Below, in pieces: positions 55,410 to 64,000 of a stretch of 64,000 bases of DNA; positions within the stretch are counted from its first letter, which is position 1, and each line of letters opens with the position of its first letter. Source of the DNA: Eledone cirrhosa (taxonomy: Eukaryota). Position numbers and translations under genes: made by a program. The notes under the pieces were generated by a model. That model did not search any database, was not told where the DNA came from, and worked only from the letters and a program-made list of their open reading frames with translations. The stretch is from positions 29,016,001 to 29,080,000 of the forward strand of contig OZ024750.1 in NCBI GenBank assembly GCA_964016885.1, read 5' to 3'.

Positions 55410-57857
55410 AGACTGCATCTCTCCATGTTGTAACAGAAGACTGGAAGGGTGGACAACAGGAGACTGTATCTCTCCATGTTGTAACAGAAGACTGGAAGGG
55501 TGGACAGCAGGAGACTGTATCTCTCCATGTTGTAACAGAAGACTGGAAGGGTGGACAGCAGGAGACTGTATCTCTCCATGTTGTAACAGAAGACTGGAAG
55601 GGTTGACAACAGGAGACTGTATCTCTCCATGTTGTAACAGAAGACTGGAAGGGTGGACAACAGGAGACTGTATCTCTCCATGTTGTAACAGAAGACTGGA
55701 AGGGTTGACAACAGGAGACTGTATCTCTCCATGTTGTAACAGAAGACTGGAAGGGTGGACAACAGGAGACTGTATCTCTCCATGTTGTAACAGAAGACTG
55801 GAATGGTTGACGACAGGAGACTGTATCTCTCCATGTTGTAACAGAAGACTGGAAGGGTGGACAGCAGGAGACTGTATCTCTCCATGTTGTAACAGAAGAC
55901 TGGAAGGGTGGACAGCAGGAGACTGTATCTCTCCATGTTGTAACAGAAGACTGGAAGGGTGGACAACAGGAGACTGCATCTCTCCATGTTGTAACAGAAG
56001 ACTGGAAGGGTGGACAACAGGAGACTGTATCTCTCCATGTTGTAACAGAAGACTGGAAGGGTGGACAACAGGAGACTGCATCTCTCCATGTTGTAACAGA
56101 AGACTGGAAGGGTGGACAACAGGAGACTGTATCTCTCCATGTTGTAACAGAAGACTGGAAGGGTTGACGACAGGAGACTGTATCTCTCCATGTTGTAACA
56201 GAAGACTGGAAGGGTGGACAACAGGAGACTGTATCTCTCCATGTTGTAACAGAAGACTGGAAGGGTGGACAACAGGAGACTGTATCTCTCCATGTTGTAA
56301 CAGAAGACTGGAAGGGTGGACAGCAGGAGACTGTATCTCTCCATGTTGTAACAGAAGACTGGAAGGGTGGACAACAGGAGACTGTATCTCTCCATGTTGT
56401 AACAGAAGACTGGAAGGGTGGACAACAGGAGACTGTATCTCTCCATGTTGTAACAGAAGACTGGAAGGGTGGACAACAGGAGACTGTATCTCTCCATGTT
56501 GTAACAGAAGACTGGAAGGGTTGACGACAGGAGACTGTATCTCTCCATGTTGTAACAGAAGACTGGAAGGGTGGACAACAGGAGACTGTATCTCTCCATG
56601 TTGTAACAGAAGACTGGAAGGGTGGACAACAGGAGACTGCATCTCTCCATGTTGTAACAGAAGACTGGAAGGGTGGACAACAGGAGACTGTATCTCTCCA
56701 TGTTGTAACAGAAGACTGGAAGGGTGGACAGCAGGAGACTGTATCTCTCCATGTTGTAACAGAAGACTGGAAGGGTGGACAGCAGGAGACTGTATCTCTC
56801 CATGTTGTAACAGAAGACTGGAAGGGTTGACGACAGGAGACTGTATCTCTCCATGTTGTAACAGAAGACTGGAAGGGTGGACAACAGGAGACTGTATCTC
56901 TCCATGTTGTAACAGAAGACTGGAAGGGTGGACAACAGGAGACTGTATCTCTCCATGTTGTAACAGAAGACTGGAAGGGTGGACAGCAGGAGACTGTATC
57001 TCTCCATGTTGTAACAGAAGACTGGAAGGGTGGACAACAGGAGACTGTATCTCTCCATGTTGTAACAGAAGACTGGAAGGGTGGACAACAGGAGACTGTA
57101 TCTCTCCATGTTGTAACAGAAGACTGGAAGGGTGGACAACAGGAGACTGTATCTCTCCATGTTGTAACAGAAGACTGGAAGGGTTGACGACAGGAGACTG
57201 TATCTCTCCATGTTGTAACAGAAGACTGGAAGGGTGGACAACAGGAGACTGTATCTCTCCATGTTGTAACAGAAGACTGGAAGGGTGGACAACAGGAGAC
57301 TGTATCTCTCCATGTTGTAACAGAAGACTGGAAGGGTGGACAGCAGGAGACTGTATCTCTCCATGTTGTAACAGAAGACTGGAAGGGTGGACAGCAGGAG
57401 ACTGTATCTCTCCATGTTGTAACAGAAGACTGGAAGGGTGGACAACAGGAGACTGTATCTCTCCATGTTGTAACAGAAGACTGGAAGGGTGGACAGCAGG
57501 AGACTGTATCTCTCCATGTTGTAACAGAAGACTGGAAGGGTGGACAGCAGGAGACTGTATCTCTCCATGTTGTAACAGAAGACTGGAAGGGTGGACAGCA
57601 GGAGACTGTATCTCTCCATGTTGTAACAGAAGACTGGAAGGGTGGACAACAGGAGACTGTATCTCTCCATGTTGTAACAGAAGACTGGAAGGGTGGACAA
57701 CAGGAGACTGTATCTCTCCATGTTGTAACAGAAGACTGGAAGGGTGGACAACAGGAGACTGTATCTCTCCATGTTGTAACAGAAGACTGGAAGGGTGGAC
57801 AACAGGAGACTGTATCTCTCCATGTTGTAACAGAAGACTGGAAGGGTGGACAACAGG
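55410..57857. repeat. 51-bp minisatellite, about 48 highly homogeneous copies
   Basis: gagactgtatctctccatgttgtaacagaagactggaagggtggacaacag. Confidence 0.97.
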
Positions 57858-58485
57858 AAAGCCACATTGTTGTAGAACATTGTTTCAAATAAATACAAAC
57901 CTGTCCAACCCACACAATCAGGAGAAAGTGGTTGTTAAAACAATCATGATGATGATAGTGTTGGTGGTGATGGTGAGGATGAAGGTAGTGATGATGCTGA
58001 TGATGGTAGTGATGATGATGATGATGATGATAGTGATGATGATGATGATGATGATGGTAGTGATGATGCTGGTAGTGATGATGATGGTAGTGCTGATGAT
58101 GATGGTAGTGGTGATGATGATGGTAGTGGTGATGATGATGGTAGTGGTGATGATGATGGTAGTGGTGATGATGATGGTAGTGCTGATGATGGTGGTAGTG
58201 CTGATGATGATGGTGCTGATGGTAGTGCTATGGTAGTGCTGATGATGATGGTAGTGCTGATGGTAGTGCTGATGATGGTAGTGCTGATGATGGTAGTGCT
58301 GATGATGGTGGTGGTGATGATGGTAGTGCTGATGATGATGGTGATGATAGTGTTGGTGGCAATAACAATGGTGATAATGATGATAATGGCTTTCTCTACT
58401 ATTGCAATTATTTCAGAATAGACACAAAACTGAACCAAAATTAATGATTAGTTCAATTATTCTCATTCAATGCTACATTCCTCTT

Positions 58486-60400
58486 CAGACACACAGACAT
58501 TGTCTAGTCAGACACACAGACATTGTCTAGTCAGACACACAGACATTGTCTAGTCAGACACACAGACATTGTCTAGTCAGACAGACAGACATTGTCTAGT
58601 CAGACACACAGACATTGTCTAGTCAGACACAGAGACATTGTCTAGTCAGACACACAGACATTGTCTAGTTAGACACACAGACATTGTCTAGTTAGACACA
58701 CAGACATTGTCTAGTTAGACAGACAGACATTGTCTAGTTAGACAGACATTATCTAGTTAGACACACAGACATTGTCTAGTCAGACACACAGACATTGTCT
58801 AGTTAGACACACAGACATTGTCTAGTCAGACACACAGACATTGTCTAGTCAGACATACAGACATTGTCTAGTCAGACACACAGACATTGTCTAGTCAGAC
58901 ACACAGACATTGTCTAGTCAGACACACAGACATTGTCTAGTCAGACACACAGACATTGTCTAGTTAGACACACAGACATTGTCTAGTCAGACACACAGAC
59001 ATTGTCTAGTCAGACACACAGACATTGTCTAGTCAGACACACAGACATTGTCTAGTCAGACACACAGACATTGTCTAGTCAGACACACAGACATTGTCTA
59101 GTCAGACACACAGACATTGTCTAGTTAGACACACAGACATTGTCTAGTTAGACACACAGACATTGTCTAGTTAGACAGACAGACATTGTCTAGTTAGTCA
59201 GACAGACATTGTCTAGTTAGACAGACATTATCTAGTTAGACACACATTATCTAGTTAGACACACAGACATTGTCTAGTTAGACACACAGACATTATCTAG
59301 TCAGACACACAGACATTATCTAGTCAGACACACAGACATTATCTAGTCAGACACACAGACATTGTCTAGTTAGACACACAGACATTATCTAGTCAGACAC
59401 ACAGACATTATCTAGTCAGACACACAGACATTGTCTAGTCAGACACACAGACATTGTCTAGTCAGACACACAGACATTGTCTAGTCAGACACACAGACAT
59501 TGTCTAGTCAGACACACAGACATTGTCTAGTCAGACACACAGATATTATCTAGTTAGACACATACATTATCTAGTCAGACACAGACATTATCTAGTCAGA
59601 CACACAGACATTATCTAGTCAAACACACAGACATTATCTAGTCAAACACACAGACATTATCTAGTCAAACACAGACATTATCTAGTCAAACACACAGACA
59701 TTATCTAGTTAGACACACATCCTTACGGGGTCGATAAAATAAAGTACCAGTAATGCACTGGATAATTGCTGGCCTTGTGCCTAAAGTAGAAACAATTATC
59801 TAGTTAGACACACAGACATTATCTAGTTAGACACACAGATATTATCTAGTTAGACACAGATATTATCTAGTCAGGCACAGATATTATCTAGTCAGACACA
59901 GATATTATCTAGTTAGACACAGATATTATCTAGTTAGACACAGATATTATCTAGTTAGACACAGATATTATCTAGTTAGACACATATTATCTAGTTAGAC
60001 ACATTATCTAGTTAGACACATATTATCTAGTTAGACACATATTATCTAGTTAGACACATATCTAGTTAGACACATATTATCTAGTTAGACACATATTATC
60101 TAGTTAGACACATTATCTAGTTAGACACATATTATCTAGTTAGACACACAGACATTATCTAGTCAGACACAGACATTATCTAGTTAGACACAGATATTAT
60201 CTAGTTAGACACACAGACATTATCTAGTCAGACACAGACATTATCTAGTTAGACACACAGACATTATCTAGTCAGACACAGACATTATCTAGTCAGACAC
60301 AGACATTATTTAGTCAGACACAGAGACATTATCTAGTCAGACACACAGACATTTTCTAGTTAGACATACATTTTCTAGTCAGACACAGACATTTTCTATT
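58486..60400. repeat. 23-bp minisatellite decaying to 17-21-bp variants
   Basis: cagacacacagacattgtctagt; SINE fragment inserted at 59720-59797. Confidence 0.95.
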
Positions 60401-61375
60401 TCTAGTCAGTCTTCTCTATTTTCTAATCATATATATATATATATTTCTCCATTTATATCAATATTCTTGATAATCAAAAGAATATTAAATCTTCCCATTT
60501 ATTCTACCTTATCGATAATTGGTATCTTGCCTATGGAAAATATGTTTTACATTTCATAGAAAAATGAGTGTAGCTTAGTGGTTAGGATGTTGGTTTTATA
60601 ACCACAAGGTCATGGGTTTAATCCCTGAACAAGGCAGTATGATGTGTCTTAGAGTAAGCCACTTTATTTAACCCTTCACCATTTACATTACTCTATATTT
60701 ACTATTGTATTTTCATAGTAAAGGCTTTATCTCTCATAATATCAAAGCTATGAGATTTTGATATTATTAATTTTGAGAACAATACCTTAACATCAGTATG
60801 AGTGGCAGTTACAGTTGGTTTGAACTGAAAGATGTGAGAGAATTCTGGCTGGATATGATCCGGGAGGTTCTTCAGGCTGGTGTTTTTCTTAGTTTCAATG
60901 GCGTTAAGCAACTGAGAGTACAAGACTCCTCTCTGGACAGGACACCAGTCCATTATAGGGTTAAACCCCCAGCTATTACTGGTACTCATCTTCAGCTAGA
61001 GCAATGTGAAATGAAGTGTTTTGCTCAAGGACACAACACAACCCAGCCCAGAAATCAAACCCATGACATTATGATCCTAAGTCCAGCATACCACTAGACC
61101 ACAAGCTGTAAATGATTACCAGTAGTAGCCAAATTTAACCTTGAAATTGACTGGTATCTTGTACTTTGTCGCTTAATGCCACAAGAAACTGGGATAAGCT
61201 AAGGCCATCATCCAACTTGTATCAGCATGGAAGAACAGATGTAAAACAGACAACACATACATAACAGAAGCAAAACTAATAATAGAACAAATCAACAATG
61301 AAACAATTATCAATTGCTTGACCCTCTAAAAATAGTATGCAAGCCTCAAACTTTAAAGGAGATTTGGTTTACAAT

Positions 61376-61598
61376 GATGACTGCTGGGTGAAGATGTGCC
61401 AAGAAATCCCAGTGAAAGGAAGCCGCAGTATAGGTAGACGAAGGAAGACCTGGGCAGAGGTGGTGAGAGATGACCTCAAAATCGCCGAGACCCAAAGAGG
61501 AGATGACGAAGGAATGTGGCAAGTGGAGAGATGCTGCACTGAAAAGAACCTGTCCAACCTATGCAAGCATGGAAAAATAGACGAAAAAATGCTGATAA
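61376..61598 (+). mobile_element. RTE LINE 3' end fragment
   Basis: GRRRKTWAEVVRDDLK; terminus ctgtccaacctatgcaagcatggaaaa similar to the element at 8552-9785. Confidence 0.7.
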
Positions 61599-62773
61599 TA
61601 ATTGTTTCTACTTTTGGCACAAGGCCAGCAATTACCCAGTGCATTACTGGTACTTTATTTTTAATAATGATGATGAATTTGCCAGAGAAAAAAAAAAGAA
61701 ATGGGATTAGAATAGTTAGAACAGTGGTCAGACAATAGAGTTTCATTTCAGAATACAAAAATATCATTAAGACGTCATATGTGATGACCCAGTGCTATAC
61801 ATCTGTTGACCACACCACACCTATAAACTGACCACATATATTCCATTAGTCTGTGAGATGTCTCAGAGCTATGGGCCACACCACATATAAACTGACTACA
61901 TATTCCATTAATCTGTGAGATGACCCAGATGTAGAAAACAACACTAGTAAACTGTGGTCAGTTTGTCTTAAATATTAGCATTTAAACTGGCCAGAACTCT
62001 CACCTCTTTCTGTTCAAACCAGCTGTAACTCACTGCTCATACTGATGTTAAGGTATTGTTCTCAAAATAAATAATATTAAAATCTCATAGATTTGATATT
62101 ATGTGAGGTAAATCCTTTACCATGAAAATACAATAATAAATATAGAGTAATGTAAATGGTAAAGGGTTAATAAATATTGTCACATTACAGAAGCCTGGCT
62201 CTTCACATTGTTGTGTTCTATGTTCTTAATAATTGTTTCTACTTTAGGCACAAGGCCAGCAATTACCCAGTGCATTACTGGTACTTTATTTATCGACCCC
62301 GTAAGGATGAAAACAAAGTCAACCTCGGCGGGATTTGAACTCAGATCGTAAAGGGACGTAACTATGCTGGAAAGCATGGCGTCCGACCATGTTCTTAAGA
62401 ATGATTTCTTATTTACACACAAGGCAACAATTTGGAGGGACGAGAAAGTCGATTAAACTAACCCCAATGAGTTACCGGTACTTGGATGAAAGGATGAAAG
62501 ATAAAGCTAACCTTGACAGGATCTGAACTCAGAACGTAAAAGGTCATAACTATATGCCACAAAGCATGTTGTCCGATACTCTACCGATTATTATCAATCT
62601 GCTGCCCTTATATGTTCCTAGTAATAATAACTATTCATTCCTTCACCCCACTTCTATACCTTCATAGAATATGAAAAATACATTGAAAGTGAGAGGTTAA
62701 CAATCTCAATCAACCTGTATCACTCTGGGTTAAAACAAATATATTTTTTTTCTTTTCCAAAATATTGCTTAAT

Positions 62774-62925
62774 ACAGTTGCGCGCGCGTGTGCGTGTGTG
62801 TCGGTATTTGTGGAGGTTACGTTCCTAGAGCTCCTGCAAAGAGTGAAAAACCGTGATTATTGGACGTGGCACCTAAAAATGTCTATAAATGGCAAAATAT
62901 GTAAAATATAATTTTAAAAAAAAAG

Positions 62926-62958
<33 letters not shown>

Positions 62959-63195
62959 TCCAATGGACCGGCAAATACGGAATATTGTTAATAATTTAGC
63001 GTCAAAAAATATATTGCCATGAAAAAAGCCATTAAAAAAAAAAAAAAAAAAAAACGCTCAAGATATTTACAATTCCACGAATATGCGGTCGTTTCCACAA
63101 ACAATTATTAGTTAGGTTCTGAGGAAAATTCTGCAAATAACTGGGACTGCGAATGCCGGGACTGCAAATGCAGGAGGGAAGAGTGGGTACACTGT
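62774..63195. mobile_element. Tigger-like non-autonomous DNA element with poly-A expansions
   Basis: TA-CAGT...ACTG-TA ends; decayed subterminal motifs. Confidence 0.5.
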
Positions 63196-64000
63196 ACTTA
63201 AATTTAATCAATAGAATAAAAATGGCTTTTGTTTTGATTAGCTTGCATTTCCCAACTGTTTTTCTATCAGCTCTGCAGTGTTACAGGTCGTGACATGCTA
63301 TTTCTAATAGTGTCAAAATATCAGGGCATCATAAAATAAACACAGCAGATTTGTTAACAAGATAACTAACCGTGTATCAAACCACATCTACTTTGACTCC
63401 AGCCTCCTGTAATTTCTTTTAACATCATTCACACAAACTACAAACTTGTTTTTTAAATGATTTTTAAAAAATGATAAAAAGAATACTAGAAGCTATATTG
63501 TAAAATATAAATGCTTATATTTCTTTCTTTATTTATTTCAATGTCCCCTTTCAATAAAGTTACAGAGCTGATCAAATCCCCTGGGGTAGAGATTAGGATT
63601 TGACAAAACAACACAAACTGAAATAATAGTTTAATGAGTGAGACCAACAGAGATTAAAATAAATCCAGAGTTGTTGAACAACAACCAAACTGAAAATAAT
63701 TAATAAAACATCTCATAGATGTTATAAATATCAGTGGACTTCGTCAGATAGAACCAAGGAAACAATGTGTCCATTGGTCTTTCCAATTGCTAATACTATC
63801 TACTGGTTACAACTCCTGGAGTATAGGTGTTATAAATATCAGATTTGTGAGTGCATATGACAATATTTGAAGCTTACTGAGTGAAGTGGACCTCATCAGA
63901 TAGGACCAAGGAAACAACGAGTCCATAAGTCTTTCCAATTGCTAATACTATCGACTAGTTGCAACTCCTGCATATAGGTGTTATAAATATCAGATTTTGT

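Noticed and set aside
55287-58236. ORFs of 451-877 aa, including a Cys-rich repeat protein
   Set aside because: Produced by a 51-bp stop-poor tandem repeat with overlapping ORFs on both strands; no unique domain
63371-63430. Candidate APPL first exon (minus strand ATG...gttagt donor)
   Set aside because: Translation MMLKEITGGWSQSRCGLIH has no APPL similarity and ends in phase 1, whereas phase 0 is required

Overview
AT-rich, repeat-dense animal genomic DNA. The SINE, MITE and RTE repertoire and the microsatellite load resemble an octopus or other cephalopod; this is inference, not a database result. The window holds one protein-coding gene that the ORF track largely misses: an APPL1/2 (DIP13) orthologue on the minus strand. 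I traced 21 coding exons from 49031 to 7139, all GT-AG and phase-compatible, totalling 2046 nt (681 aa + stop). The domain order is BAR-PH-linker-PTB with a C-terminal SEA motif; the first coding exon was not found. Introns carry a terminally intact but internally degenerate 4.8 kb Rep-helicase Helitron (41268-46040), TTAA-specific piggyBac-like MITEs, Tc1/mariner MITEs, two tRNA-derived SINE families, LINE fragments (RTE-type and RLE-type) and many minisatellites, several of which grew out of SINE, LINE or MITE sequence. The most unusual signal is a set of (TA)n-embedded fold-back elements in the first 8 kb. Two of them carry minimal type-I hammerhead ribozymes of the Penelope-like kind, and one lies in sense orientation in the last APPL intron together with an antisense arm that could mask it.
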